In this document: in pieces, positions 40,180-49,964 of the stretch | How positions within the stretch are numbered: the stretch's first letter is position 1 | Layout: each line of letters starts with the position of its first letter | Origin: Candidatus Doudnabacteria bacterium | GTDB lineage: Bacteria; Patescibacteriota; Doudnabacteria; UBA920; O2-02-FULL-48-8 | NCBI GenBank assembly: GCA_016182875.1 | Contig: JACPFQ010000001.1 | Coordinates: 20 to 64,019 of the forward strand | Length of the DNA stretch: 64,000 bases | Direction of reading: 5' to 3' | The notes under the pieces: model-generated | The model's database searches: none | Told to the model about the DNA's origin: nothing | Seen by the model: the letters and a program-made list of their open reading frames with translations, nothing else | Position numbers and translations under genes: made by a program

Positions 40180-41088
40180 TTATCCTTCCATGGCCAATTT
40201 GGCAGCGGAAATTTCCGACAACTCTTTGGTGATTCCTGCCTGCCTGGCCTGGTTATAGCTTAATGTCAGATCATCGATCAGATCACCGGCGGCGTCGTTG
40301 GCATTCTTCATGGCTACCATTCTCGCTGAATGCTCGGACGCGACCGCTTCCACCAGACACTGGTAAATCGCAAATTCAACCGTGCTTCCTATCAACCGCT
40401 CCAAAACCTCAATAGGACTTGGCTCAAAAAGATACTCTAATCCGTGATCTGTAATCTGTGATCCGTCGTCTGCAAATGGCAAGAGTTGAATCATATTCGG
40501 TTTTTGAACCAGGGTGGAAACAAAATCAGTATAAACGGCAAAAACTTTTTCGTATTTGAGCGCCAAATAGTCCGCGATCGCAATCTCGGCGATCGGGCGC
40601 GCGTCCAAAATCGAAATGTTTTTGTCTTTGCCGTCAAAAGCCGCGATAACGTTCAGCTTCATTCTTCGCGCGCTGTCAGAGCCTTTTTTGCCTATCGTAA
40701 TCAAATCGATTTTTTCGGCTCCCTCGGATTTAATCACGTTCAAAGCTTTATTTATGACGTTTGAGTTCAAGGCGCCAGCAAGCCCTTTGTCCGATGTTAT
40801 GAGAATCAGCAAAGTCCGAGGGATCATACCCCCCCTATCCCCCCCTATCTTAGGGGGGGATGAAGGGGGGGTAACTACTCGCTTAATCAAGGGATACTCC
40901 AGCAGATCTGCCTTTGTGGCCAGGCGCCTGATGAGTTCGCCGGAAAGTTGGGCGTAGGGACGCGACGCGATTGCCGCTGCCTGGGCTTTGCGCATCTTGG
41001 CCGCCGCCACCAGTTCCATCGCCTTGGTGATTTTGGCGATGTTTTGAGTAGATTTAATGCGTCTGCGAATTTCCCTAGATGATGGCAT
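40180..41088 (-). CDS. atpG: F0F1 ATP synthase subunit gamma, carrying an in-frame REP-like insertion (VTPPSSPPKIGGDRGGMIPR)
   Basis: MPSSREIRRRIKSTQNIAKITKAMELVAAAKMRKAQ...; the insertion is encoded by CCCCCCC-TATCTTA-GGGGGGG palindromic DNA at 40805-40870. Confidence 0.88.
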   Translation of the reverse strand: MPSSREIRRRIKSTQNIAKITKAMELVAAAKMRKAQAAAIASRPYAQLSGELIRRLATKADLLEYPLIKRVVTPPSSPPKIGGDRGGMIPRTLLILITSDKGLAGALNSNVINKALNVIKSEGAEKIDLITIGKKGSDSARRMKLNVIAAFDGKDKNISILDARPIAEIAIADYLALKYEKVFAVYTDFVSTLVQKPNMIQLLPFADDGSQITDHGLEYLFEPSPIEVLERLIGSTVEFAIYQCLVEAVASEHSARMVAMKNANDAAGDLIDDLTLSYNQARQAGITKELSEISAAKLAMEG

Positions 41089-41100
41089 ATGGTTTTATTC

Positions 41101-41195
41101 CCCTCCTAGGTTAGGAGGGGCTAGGGGAGGTACGGTTCAAGCTCGTACTCTACCCCTCCTAACCTCCCCTATTCTAGGGGAGGAATTTTTACGCA
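41101..41195. repeat. G-rich REP-like palindromes (CCCCTCCTAGGTTAGGAGGGG; second copy of the 50-bp GGGGAGGTACGGTTCAAGCTCGTACTCTACCCC unit; CCCTATTCTAGGGGAGG)
   Basis: same family as 38200-38320. Confidence 0.65.
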
Positions 41196-42682
41196 AAACC
41201 TTTCTTAAATTCTTCAATTACCTTCTTCAATTCTGGTTCGACTTCTTTTTCAAGGTCTTTAGCGCTTAAGATGGCTTGCAGCAATTTCTTATGCTGCACT
41301 TTCAGGAACTGATGAAACTTTGATTCCCAATCGCGGATTTTATCCAAAGGCACATCGTCCAGATACCCGTTGGTCGCGGCATAAATAATCGCCACCTGGT
41401 TTTCAACCGGCATGGGCTGATATTGATCCTGCTTGAGCACCTCGGTGATCCTGCGGCCGCGCTCGATGCGGGCTCTGGTTTGCGGGTCGAGGTCAGAAGC
41501 AAACTGGGCGAATGCGGCTAGCTCCCGGAATTGCGCCAGGTCCAGTCGAAGCTTGCCGGCTACTTTTTTCAGCGATTTGATTTGCGCCGCTGAACCCACG
41601 CGGGAAACCGAAATACCCACATTCAAGGCCGGCCTGATGCCCTGATAAAACAAATCTGATTCCAAATAAATCTGGCCGTCAGTAATGGAAATGACATTGG
41701 TCGGGATGTAGGCCGAAACATCCCCGGCCTGCGTTTCGATGATTGGCAAGGCCGTCAATGAACCGCCGCCGTGTTGTTTGCTTAATTTCGCCGCACGCTC
41801 AAGCAGGCGCGAGTGCAGATAGAACACGTCTCCAGGATACGCCTCTCTTCCAGGCGGCCTGCGGAGCAGCAGGGAGATTTCGCGGTAAGCCACGGCATGC
41901 TTGGACAAATCATCATAAATAATTAAAGCGTCCTTGCCCTGGTCCATGAAGTATTCGCCCATGGCCGCACCAGCAAATGGCGCTAAATACGAAAATGAAG
42001 CAGGGTCAGAGGCCCCAGCCACCACAATGATTGTGTGCTTCATGGCGTCATTCTTTTCCAGTTCGCCCATGATGCGGGCGATTTTGGATTCCTTCTGCCC
42101 GATGGCGACATAGATGCAAATTACGTTTTTCCCCTTTTGGTTGATAATAGTGTCAATCGCAATCGCGGTTTTGCCGGTCTGTCTATCCCCAATAATCAAT
42201 TCGCGCTGTCCCTTGCCGATAGGAATCATGCCGTCAATCGCCTTAATGCCGGTCTGAAGCGGCTGGTTTACCGGCTGCCTGGCCATGACCCCGGGCGCGA
42301 TTTTTTCAAGCGGATATGAAGTTTTTGAACTGATCGGACCTTTGTTGTCCACTGGCTGGCCTAGAGGATTAACTACGCGGCCAATAAACCCTTCACCTAC
42401 GGGCACTGACAAAATCTTCCCTGTGCCCTTAACCCTATCCCCTTGTTTTATGTGTTCATAATTGCCCAGAAGAATCGCGCCAATAGTGTCCTGCTCCAGA
42501 TTTAAGGCAACTCCGAGAGTGCCGCCTGTAAACTCAAGCATTTCCGAAGCCTTCGCGTTTGAAAGCCCTGAAACGCGGGTAATGCCGTCGCCCACGGCCA
42601 GAACCGTGCCAACCGTTTCCGCTTTGGTCTCAGCCTGAAACTTTTCGATTTTAGCTTTCAATTGCTCGATAAGGTTGCTCAT
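41189..42682 (-). CDS. atpA: F0F1 ATP synthase subunit alpha
   Basis: [20 protein letters not shown], full-length alpha. Confidence 0.95.
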   Translation of the reverse strand: MSNLIEQLKAKIEKFQAETKAETVGTVLAVGDGITRVSGLSNAKASEMLEFTGGTLGVALNLEQDTIGAILLGNYEHIKQGDRVKGTGKILSVPVGEGFIGRVVNPLGQPVDNKGPISSKTSYPLEKIAPGVMARQPVNQPLQTGIKAIDGMIPIGKGQRELIIGDRQTGKTAIAIDTIINQKGKNVICIYVAIGQKESKIARIMGELEKNDAMKHTIIVVAGASDPASFSYLAPFAGAAMGEYFMDQGKDALIIYDDLSKHAVAYREISLLLRRPPGREAYPGDVFYLHSRLLERAAKLSKQHGGGSLTALPIIETQAGDVSAYIPTNVISITDGQIYLESDLFYQGIRPALNVGISVSRVGSAAQIKSLKKVAGKLRLDLAQFRELAAFAQFASDLDPQTRARIERGRRITEVLKQDQYQPMPVENQVAIIYAATNGYLDDVPLDKIRDWESKFHQFLKVQHKKLLQAILSAKDLEKEVEPELKKVIEEFKKGFA

Positions 42683-42683
42683 A

Positions 42684-43097
42684 CTACTCTTGGATATTTT
42701 TCTTTAATTCGGCCAGCGATTTTTTAACAGACGCATCGATCATCAGGTCATCAACGGCCACCACCACGCCCCCGATCAAGTTTTCGTCAATTTTTTTCTT
42801 CAACTCGACTTTGCCTTTTAAGTACTTGTTAAGCACCTCTACTATCTGTTTCTCGTTGTCAGAATTTAAGGGATGAGATGAGGCTACTTCGGCCTGTTTG
42901 ATACCTTTGCTTTCCAATTCCTTCTTATGGAATTCCGCTTCGATCTCACCGAACATTCTCAAGTCGTTGTTCTCGGACAAAATCCGCACAAAATTATCTA
43001 AAATCTTATCCAAGTCCTTGGGAGAAGTGTTGATAGCAACCTCGTGCAAAGCGGCGGCATATTGTCTGGCAGAAAATTTCATAGGTTTTCTTTGCAT
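42684..43097 (-). CDS. atpH: F0F1 ATP synthase subunit delta (OSCP)
   Basis: position between atpA and atpF; ARQYAAAL...[20 protein letters not shown]. Confidence 0.75.
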   Translation of the reverse strand: MQRKPMKFSARQYAAALHEVAINTSPKDLDKILDNFVRILSENNDLRMFGEIEAEFHKKELESKGIKQAEVASSHPLNSDNEKQIVEVLNKYLKGKVELKKKIDENLIGGVVVAVDDLMIDASVKKSLAELKKNIQE

Positions 43098-43215
43098 CTA
43101 CCCCTCTTAGTCTCCCCTATTCTAGGGGAGAAACCCTAACGCTTTACCTGAAGGATTCGGCCGCAGTTTTACCCTCCTAGAATAGGAGGGTCGGCGGTTG
43201 TTTAAAGCTAACACT
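43098..43215. repeat. G-rich REP-like palindromes (CCCCTATTCTAGGGGAG / CCCTCCTAGAATAGGAGGG)
   Basis: same family as 38200 and 41101. Confidence 0.6.
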
Positions 43216-43245
43216 TTGCTTAACCGCCGGGGAGGTAGATATAAG

Positions 43246-43749
43246 CTATTTTATTCCATTTAAACTTTCATTTATTAGCTCATGATCTTTCTTCGGATCA
43301 AGCTTGGCTCGCAGTATCTTTTCGGAAGCCATGACCACTAGCGTCGCGACTTCCTGCTTCACTTCCTTGAGCATCTGCTGTTTTTGCGACTCAATCGAAT
43401 TTTCAGCCTGCCTAAGCAGGGTTTCGGACTGCTTTTGGGCGTCAAAAATAATTTCTTGTTTGGTTTTGTTGGCCGTGTCAGACGCCAGCCGCAGAACCTG
43501 GTCGGCCTCACCTCGGATTTTCCTCATTTCCGCCTGCTTCCATTCTTCGAATTTCTTCTTCTCTTCATCCATGAGCACGGCATTCTTTAGCCCCTGCTCA
43601 ATCCTCTCCTGGCGCTTGGTCAGGGTTTGTCCCAAGGGCTTAACAATCCATTTCCAAAAGACAAACAAGACAATACTGAAGTTAATCAGCTGGCCGACAA
43701 ATAATTTCCAGTCAATGCCCAAAGTTCCTAAAAGTGATTGGTGCTCCAT
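43246..43749 (-). CDS. atpF: F0F1 ATP synthase subunit b
   Basis: N-terminal TM plus long charged helix; operon position. Confidence 0.8.
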   Translation of the reverse strand: MEHQSLLGTLGIDWKLFVGQLINFSIVLFVFWKWIVKPLGQTLTKRQERIEQGLKNAVLMDEEKKKFEEWKQAEMRKIRGEADQVLRLASDTANKTKQEIIFDAQKQSETLLRQAENSIESQKQQMLKEVKQEVATLVVMASEKILRAKLDPKKDHELINESLNGIK

Positions 43750-43816
43750 GTCTTAAGTGTAAAATTTAAAGTGTAAAGCGCAAAATATTTTACGCTTTAC
43801 GTTTTACCCTTTACGT

Positions 43817-44035
43817 TTAAAGAATGAACGTGATAACCAGGGCGTAGATCGCGATAGCTTCGGCAAACGCCATACCCAGAAGCATCGGGACGAACAGCTT
43901 GTCGACCGATTCCGGATTGCGTCCGATCGACTCCATGGCTTTGGCGCCGATCTTGCCGACTGCCAGAGCGGGCCCCAGGCCGCCGATGGCGATCGTGATG
44001 CCCTTGGTGAAAATTTTAATCATTTCCTCGTCCAT
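43817..44035 (-). CDS. atpE: F0F1 ATP synthase subunit c
   Basis: GLGPALAVGKIGAKAMESIGRNPE...MAFAEAIAIYALV hairpin proteolipid. Confidence 0.9.
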   Translation of the reverse strand: MDEEMIKIFTKGITIAIGGLGPALAVGKIGAKAMESIGRNPESVDKLFVPMLLGMAFAEAIAIYALVITFIL

Positions 44036-44137
44036 ATTTTCTTCTTTCTCCTTCGACTGGGAATATTTTTTAAGTCGAGGTTTAAAAGTTCAGAAACAGT
44101 AACCTAACCGACCCTTAAGTTACCATAACCCAAACTC

Positions 44138-44944
44138 TTAATGCGCGGCCTCGTGCACGGGCGCCGTGGCCATGGTCAAATACACCAAGACCAGCATCGA
44201 AAACACCAAAGCCTGGATTAAGCCGACTATCAATTCCAAAAACATGAACGGCAGAGGAAGGAAATAAACGAACAGTCCGGCCATGACCGTCAGCAAAACT
44301 TCACCGGCAAAAATGTTGCCAAACAACCGGAAGGACAGTGAAATTAATTTCGCCACTTCGGAAATTATTTCCAAAAAACCGATGCCGAACTCGATCAAGC
44401 CGGTTAGGATGCTGATGCCGCCTTTTCTGACCGCTTGCACCAAATCCCCGAGCTTGATGAACTTATTCGCGTATTTGAAAAAGCCGATGGCCGCTATCCC
44501 CAGAATATGGGGAACAAAAACGCCGAATACGGCCATGGCCAAGGTCATGTTCAAATCGGCATTGGCCGGCCGAAGCAGGGGGGCAAACTCGATCTTGCCG
44601 TGAAGTTCTATGTAGCGGCCGATGGAGCCGATGCCCGGCAACAAACCAAGCCAGTTGGAAAATAATATGAACAGGAACAATCCTCCCACTATCGGCAGGA
44701 ACTTCATGGATTTGGCGCGGTCGGAGGTTACGCGGTCAACGTACCCGAGCATAAACTCCAAAACGCCTTCGGCGAAATTTTGGACCCCTTTCGGAATCAA
44801 ATCTGTTTTCTGGCGCAAAATCAAGCCGGCTAGTATAAAAAACAAAACCGCCAAGACCGAGGCAATATAAGAATTAGTAACCGGAAAATCGGCTACATGA
44901 AAGATTGGCTCCGCAACCAAAGGCGGTATGGCGTAGAGCATCAT
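44138..44944 (-). CDS. atpB: F0F1 ATP synthase subunit a
   Basis: LSFRLFGNIFAGEVLL with essential Arg; multi-TM. Confidence 0.88.
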   Translation of the reverse strand: MMLYAIPPLVAEPIFHVADFPVTNSYIASVLAVLFFILAGLILRQKTDLIPKGVQNFAEGVLEFMLGYVDRVTSDRAKSMKFLPIVGGLFLFILFSNWLGLLPGIGSIGRYIELHGKIEFAPLLRPANADLNMTLAMAVFGVFVPHILGIAAIGFFKYANKFIKLGDLVQAVRKGGISILTGLIEFGIGFLEIISEVAKLISLSFRLFGNIFAGEVLLTVMAGLFVYFLPLPFMFLELIVGLIQALVFSMLVLVYLTMATAPVHEAAH

Positions 44945-45195
44945 CGCTTCATCAGCTCCTTAATTCTTCTCGTTATCCAAATCGTGGTCATGGCAATGGC
45001 CAGCAAGATGCCAGCCAAGGTAAACCAAGGGTCGGAATCGGCTTTGCGGTCCAGCCATTTGCCCGCCAATCCAAGCGCAACCAACGGCAGGGCGATTGTG
45101 AAGCCGAATTCCATAGCGAACTGGACTAACCGCCATTTATTTAGACTTTGGTTTTGGATGTCTTTTCCCATAATTAGGCGCGTAAATTCTAACAA
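44941..45195 (-). CDS. AtpZ/AtpI-like small membrane protein
   Basis: 2-TM 84-aa protein immediately upstream of atpB. Confidence 0.5.
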   Translation of the reverse strand: MLEFTRLIMGKDIQNQSLNKWRLVQFAMEFGFTIALPLVALGLAGKWLDRKADSDPWFTLAGILLAIAMTTIWITRRIKELMKR

Positions 45196-45225
45196 AAAAT
45201 CGCCGATTTGGCAATAGTGAGGTTT

Positions 45226-45987
45226 TTAAGAGGTATTGACAATGCTAACGAGCTTTTTAACTAAAGCCGAGTTACCGGCAATAAAACCGCGGTCGCCCAT
45301 TTGCCAATCTTTGCCCATGAAATTTTTCACAACCCCACCGGCTTCCCTAACCAAAAGCGCCGATGGAGCGTAATCCCAGATGTTGGCCCCGCCAATCATG
45401 ATGCTCCAATCAAGACTGCCGCGGGATATTAAGGTGCCTGTAGTGCCGGCGCTGCCAAGGTTTCTCGCCCAGAATGACTTATCCTTTATCGACCGATTGA
45501 TCTTAGTTAAAACCTCAAAGCCGTCGTTGAAATAAAAATCAAAAGCACCTTGGCTGGATCTAAGATTAGTGTTATTAGCACATCTAATCTTTTTATTGTT
45601 CAAGAAACTTCCCTTGTTTCTTTCGGCGAAATACAAACGTTCGTGAATCGGATCGTATATTGCGCTGAACTTAATCCTGTTTGATTGGACAAACGCCAAC
45701 TGCGTTACGAACAAAGGAATGCCGAGAAGGAAATTGTTCGTTCCGTCGAGCGGGTCGATAATCCATTTGTTTGAATGCCGGTTATATTCTCCGGACTCCT
45801 CGGAAATTATGGCGTGAGTGGGGAACTTTTTCTTGATTCTGTCTGTGATGAGCTTGTCGGCGGCCAAATCTGCCTCCGTTACGAAGTCTAGGGCATGCGC
45901 TTTAGTGTTGGCAACAGTAATCTTTCCAAATTTTTCCCTTAGGATCGCACCAGCGTCTCTGAGCAATTGCTTTATAAATTTTTCCAT
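45226..45987 (-). CDS. inositol monophosphatase family protein (SuhB/IMPase-like)
   Basis: WIIDPLDGTNNFL metal-binding motif; start at the internal Met MEKF to avoid the tRNA. Confidence 0.8.
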   Translation of the reverse strand: MEKFIKQLLRDAGAILREKFGKITVANTKAHALDFVTEADLAADKLITDRIKKKFPTHAIISEESGEYNRHSNKWIIDPLDGTNNFLLGIPLFVTQLAFVQSNRIKFSAIYDPIHERLYFAERNKGSFLNNKKIRCANNTNLRSSQGAFDFYFNDGFEVLTKINRSIKDKSFWARNLGSAGTTGTLISRGSLDWSIMIGGANIWDYAPSALLVREAGGVVKNFMGKDWQMGDRGFIAGNSALVKKLVSIVNTS

Positions 45988-45992
45988 TTTTC

Positions 45993-46068
45993 TGGAGCCA
46001 GGGGTGGGGATCGAACCCACGACCTACCGCTTACGAAGCGGTTGCTCTGCCAGCTGAGCTACCCTGGC
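45993..46068 (-). tRNA. tRNA-Thr (anticodon CGT)
   Basis: acceptor GCCAGGG/CCCTGGC, D-arm GCTC-AGCTGGC-AGAGC, anticodon stem ACCGC/GCGGT with loop TTCGTAA, T-arm GTGGG-TTCGATC-CCCAC, TCCA end. Confidence 0.8.
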
Positions 46069-46138
46069 GCTAATTATAAAATCGATTCTGACTTGAAAAT
46101 TATATCAAATCCGCATCGGACGCACAATCCAATATCGC

Positions 46139-46168
46139 TTTTGGTCGATCGACAACTTTTGATATAAT
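46139..46168. promoter_or_regulatory. operator-like palindrome TTTTGG-TCGATCGAC-AACTTTT followed by GATATAAT (-10) for PaaX-like paralog 2
   Basis: 10-bp palindrome GTCGATCGAC; same architecture as 7603-7636 but a different core. Confidence 0.6.
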
Positions 46169-46177
46169 ATTGCTACC

Positions 46178-46708
46178 ATGAAGCGAAGAACTAAGAAAAG
46201 AATCAAGCAAGCGGCTCAAACGTTTATGTCGCAATTGCTTTGGACAATCAGAGATCTGGCAGACGCAATGCCATCTCCTTTTGAAACCAAGGGTCAATAC
46301 CAACGCCGAGTTTGGAGCAATTTGCCGAGGTACCCTGTACAAAAAATCCAGTTTGGCATGAGCAGGCTCAAGCAGCAAGGCTTAGCCAGGGAAAGCAAGA
46401 AGCGCAGATTTGTCCTGGAATTGACTCTAGAGGGCCGGCGCAAACTGCTGATCAGGCAAATTAGCTCTAAGCGGAAACCAACTAGGGACGGCCGGTCAAC
46501 AATCATCATATTTGACATTCCTGAGGAAAAACGCAGGCATCGAGCCTTTTTGCGGCGGCTGTTGTTAAAAAACGGTTTCATGAATTTGCAAAAAAGCGTC
46601 CTTATAAGCCGCTTCGAGCTGCCAGACGAGTTTTTCGAATTGTTAAAAGAATTGGGACTATACCAAAACGTAACGATGATCAAGGGTCAAATACAATTCC
46701 GGAGTTAA
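46178..46708 (+). CDS. PaaX-like wHTH transcriptional regulator with Cas2-fold C-terminal domain (paralog 2)
   Basis: alignable over its length with 7671..8200 (MKRRTKKRIK..., IIIFDIPEEKRRHRAFLRRLLLKNGFMNLQKSVLIS). Confidence 0.55.
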   Translation: MKRRTKKRIKQAAQTFMSQLLWTIRDLADAMPSPFETKGQYQRRVWSNLPRYPVQKIQFGMSRLKQQGLARESKKRRFVLELTLEGRRKLLIRQISSKRKPTRDGRSTIIIFDIPEEKRRHRAFLRRLLLKNGFMNLQKSVLISRFELPDEFFELLKELGLYQNVTMIKGQIQFRS

Positions 46709-46718
46709 AAAAATGTCA

Positions 46719-46740
46719 CTTTTCGTCGATCGACAATTCT
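46719..46740. repeat. second GTCGATCGAC palindrome copy (CTTTTCGTCGATCGACAATTC) downstream of paralog 2
   Basis: mirrors the downstream GCCGTACGGC copy of paralog 1. Confidence 0.55.
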
Positions 46741-46764
46741 TGGCATTCCATAAGTAGGTATGTG

Positions 46765-47415
46765 CTACAATTTTCCATCCCACTCTTTATAAAATTCTTT
46801 TAAAAACTTTTCCACGAACCTGTGCCTTCTCAAGGCTAATTTTCTGGCGGTCGAAGTATGCATTTGATCTTTCAGCAGCAATACTTTTTCATAGAAGTGA
46901 TTAATCGTGGTACTGCCTCTTTTCTTGTATTGCTCAAAAGTCGCATGCATGACTGGTTTTATGCGCGGGTCATGTATGGTTCGCTTTATCAGTCCACCCC
47001 AGGTCAATGTTCTCGCAATCCCGATTGCGCCCAAGTTGTCCAACTTATCGGCGTCCCTCACAACCATGCCTTCTACAGTTCGTACTTTTGATTTTACCCT
47101 GGCACCCTTAAAAGTGACCTCATCGACTATTTCGCAAACCTGATTGACTATGCCCCTGTCGACTCCCAGTTTCCCAAGGAGTTTCCTGCAAATTTTACTG
47201 CCGGCGTTCTCAGCGCCTTTGAAGTATTTGTAGTCTCCGACATCATGGAGTAAGGCTGCCAGTTCAACAATAAATTTATCCGCTTTTTCCTTGCGAGCTA
47301 AATACAGGGCGAGTTTGCGGACGCGGTCAATATGATCCCAGGCATGCACCGGATCATGCGTCATGGTTTTCTTCACAAATTTTTCAACTTTTCGGATAAC
47401 TTCTTTCTTGTCCAT
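46765..47415 (-). CDS. HD-domain phosphohydrolase
   Basis: HAWDHIDRV...LLHDVGD. Confidence 0.8.
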   Translation of the reverse strand: MDKKEVIRKVEKFVKKTMTHDPVHAWDHIDRVRKLALYLARKEKADKFIVELAALLHDVGDYKYFKGAENAGSKICRKLLGKLGVDRGIVNQVCEIVDEVTFKGARVKSKVRTVEGMVVRDADKLDNLGAIGIARTLTWGGLIKRTIHDPRIKPVMHATFEQYKKRGSTTINHFYEKVLLLKDQMHTSTARKLALRRHRFVEKFLKEFYKEWDGKL

Positions 47416-47433
47416 AAAAATATGTCACTTTCG

Positions 47434-47883
47434 CTAGATCGAGCGAAAGTGTATATGTTGTTCGAGCTGTGCAAGGTCCATGCGAAGGAAATCTGGAAGC
47501 TCTTTAAATTTCTTGAGTTCCTCGAGAGTCAGCCATTTTACGTCTGTCGTATCTTCAAGAGGCCGGGCTTCTCCGGATTGATAACCGCATAGAAATGTCA
47601 GGCCCACGACATGAGGAGCGTCAACTCTTTGAAATGAACTACTGCCCACGAATTCAATCCGGTCGCCTATCTCGACGCCGACTTCCTCAAGAATCTCTTT
47701 TTTCAAGGTATTCTCAATTATATCGCGCTCGACTTCGTCCTCGATCTTACCTCCAGGAATAGACCAAATTCCTGCCGCATGAATTTCTTTGGGGCTTCGC
47801 TTGGCGATCAAAAATTTATCGCCTTTTCGAACCCAGCCTTTTACAAGAACTGTATGGAGTTTGGCATTATCCTCGGTAATCAT
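47434..47883 (-). CDS. NUDIX hydrolase
   Basis: Nudix box GGKIEDEVERDIIENTLKKEILEEVGV. Confidence 0.85.
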   Translation of the reverse strand: MITEDNAKLHTVLVKGWVRKGDKFLIAKRSPKEIHAAGIWSIPGGKIEDEVERDIIENTLKKEILEEVGVEIGDRIEFVGSSSFQRVDAPHVVGLTFLCGYQSGEARPLEDTTDVKWLTLEELKKFKELPDFLRMDLAQLEQHIHFRSI

Positions 47884-48479
47884 CAGAGCAAATCGTATTC
47901 AACCATCCTAGCTTTGAAGTTCTCGTACCCCGTGTATAACTCAGCCCGAAGTCCGAGCTGCCTGGCTGAGGCCAGATTTTTTTCCTCATCATCCCAAATC
48001 AAAATTGATTCTACAGGTTCTCTGACATCATCAAGCACTTTTTTCCAAAACTCGACGTTGGGCTTGTCAGCGCCCAAGCGCGAGGAGCTGAAAACCTTTT
48101 CGAACAAACCAGCAAAGTTCATCTGATTTTCCATGTATTCCGTGCGGTACTTTTCGTTGTCAGTCACCATATAGCATTTAATGCCGGCTTGTTTCAGCCT
48201 TTGAATATCGCCAACCACACGTTCGTCTATATAGTGCTCAGCCCGAAACCAATAAAGTAAAAATTCATCCACAGTTCCCCGCCATCCCCACAGCAGCAGA
48301 TATTTGGCGATCTTCTCTTTCAAATCGGCCTTGCCTATCAGAATTGGATAAAATTCAGCATCAAAGAACTCGGTAACTTTTTCTATGGGAATGCCGTATT
48401 CCTCAGATAGCACCGCACTGAATCGTCTGGGTTTATTAATAACCATGCCATCGGCATCAAACAATACGGCTTTCATCAT
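47883..48479 (-). CDS. HAD-superfamily hydrolase
   Basis: MMKAVLFDADGMVIN (DxDG motif); start moved to MMK to avoid tRNA-Gly. Confidence 0.7.
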   Translation of the reverse strand: MMKAVLFDADGMVINKPRRFSAVLSEEYGIPIEKVTEFFDAEFYPILIGKADLKEKIAKYLLLWGWRGTVDEFLLYWFRAEHYIDERVVGDIQRLKQAGIKCYMVTDNEKYRTEYMENQMNFAGLFEKVFSSSRLGADKPNVEFWKKVLDDVREPVESILIWDDEEKNLASARQLGLRAELYTGYENFKARMVEYDLL

Positions 48480-48491
48480 ACTAAGTATCCT

Positions 48492-48565
48492 TGGAGCGGG
48501 ATACGAGAATCGAACTCGCATCTCTTGCTTGGGAAGCAAGCGTACTGCCACTGTACTAATCCCGC
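48492..48565 (-). tRNA. tRNA-Gly (anticodon CCC)
   Basis: acceptor GCGGGAT/ATCCCGC, D-arm GTAC-AGTGGC-AGTAC, anticodon stem CTTGC/GCAAG with loop TTCCCAA, T-arm GCGAG-TTCGATT-CTCGT, TCCA. Confidence 0.8.
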
Positions 48566-49401
48566 CCGAGTTTCCTGACCTTAATATTAGCAGTTTCTTG
48601 CGTAAGCCATTCATCAAAACCTTGAGATCTCACCAGGATATGCTTCACGTGCCAAAGCCGGTTGCCGCTTTCTTCCGCAGTTCCTATCGGCCAGATGACA
48701 TGGTAACCCAAACGGCTCACAAAAACTTTCCGCTGAATTTCTCCCATTGGGCCTTTCTGGATTTGCGCTTCAAGCTCAGGCAGGAGTTCTGATTCATTGA
48801 AAAACCCAAGGTCGCCTCCAAATTGAGCGGAAACCTCATCATCGCTTTCGAGTTTGGCCAATTCCTCAAAATTGCCGCCATTGAGGACTTGTTCAAGAAT
48901 GTTTTGCGCCTTATCGTATAAATCGCGATTTACGCCGTAGTCGCTGTTGAAGTAAGTCTTTAGACTGGCCTCAATCGCTGCGGGCTCAACGACGTATTTG
49001 ATAAACAACTTTTTATCTCCCTCAAAATAGTCCTCAAGAATTTTGCCGTACTCGGAATCCCGGCCGTTTGTGTAAAAAGCAAATTCTTCATCGACCTTGC
49101 TCTGCCAATCAAGGCGCAACTCAGCGGCCAGGGCCGCTGCTTTGGTCCGTTTAATAAGCTGGTCAAAGGCGAAACCTGCAGAAACGTCCGACTCAAGCCG
49201 TTTGAGAATTTGCAAATTTTCCTCAACATCTCGGATAGACAGCGTATTGCCGTCCATTATTACGGCGGGCAGGATTTTTTTAAGCGTTGAAGCCAGGGCG
49301 TTATCACTTCCAGTGCTATAACCATAAACAACTGTGACGCCAGCGACAACAATAACCACCGCAGAAATTATCGCGGGTTTTTTACTAGAAAAAATAGTCA
49401 T
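48556..49401 (-). CDS. secreted SurA/PrsA-like chaperone with parvulin-type PPIase region
   Basis: N-terminal TM/signal; C-terminal LWHVKHILV parvulin-like motif. Confidence 0.45.
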   Translation of the reverse strand: MTIFSSKKPAIISAVVIVVAGVTVVYGYSTGSDNALASTLKKILPAVIMDGNTLSIRDVEENLQILKRLESDVSAGFAFDQLIKRTKAAALAAELRLDWQSKVDEEFAFYTNGRDSEYGKILEDYFEGDKKLFIKYVVEPAAIEASLKTYFNSDYGVNRDLYDKAQNILEQVLNGGNFEELAKLESDDEVSAQFGGDLGFFNESELLPELEAQIQKGPMGEIQRKVFVSRLGYHVIWPIGTAEESGNRLWHVKHILVRSQGFDEWLTQETANIKVRKLGRD

Positions 49402-49741
49402 ACCATTTTTTCGGGTTGCTCTTTTCTTCCTTCTTGGAATCTGGAGCTTCAGAAGTGACACTTGGCGGCAGTGAAACTGCGAACTCCCCTTCCTTTTTCA
49501 AATTCAATTTATCCCGGGCCGCCCGCTGAGCGTATTCGTCGGTCTTGTAATACTTAATAAGCTCAGACAGCTCGGCGTTATCCTTAGAGATGCTATCGGC
49601 TTTTTCCTGGAGGGTTTTGATTTCCTTTTGGACTTCACGCTTTTGCATGAACAATTTTGAAGACATGACCAAAATCAATGCCAAAAGAATCATTAATCCA
49701 ACGCTTGCCAGCTTTGATTTTAAAATTGACTTTATTTCCAT
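49385..49741 (-). CDS. septum formation initiator FtsB/DivIC-like
   Basis: N-terminal TM followed by a coiled coil EVQKEIKTLQEKADSISKDNAELSELI. Confidence 0.55.
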   Translation of the reverse strand: MEIKSILKSKLASVGLMILLALILVMSSKLFMQKREVQKEIKTLQEKADSISKDNAELSELIKYYKTDEYAQRAARDKLNLKKEGEFAVSLPPSVTSEAPDSKKEEKSNPKKWYDYFF

Positions 49742-49854
49742 ATCAATCAGGCAAAAAGCGGGAACATGGTGAATAAAAGCATGCCGGCAATCATAAGCAC
49801 GGCCAGAATCAGCCAAATTCTTTGTAAGTTCTTTCGGTTTCTCATAAAATTTTT

Positions 49855-49964
49855 GGTTTAGACTGCTTCGGCCTCGGCCAATTCTTGACCAAGCCTCGCA
49901 GATACGCATTTGCGAGGAGTCCCGACGAAGTCGCAGGCGACGAAGCAATCTAACCTCAAGCTTT
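49855..49964. repeat. dispersed hairpin motif, copy B (TTAGACTGCTTCG...CTCGCAGATACGCATTTGCGAG...CGACGAAGCAATCTAA), abutting the lepA stop
   Basis: same palindrome and GAAGCAATCTA box as 11411, 60484, 62385. Confidence 0.6.
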
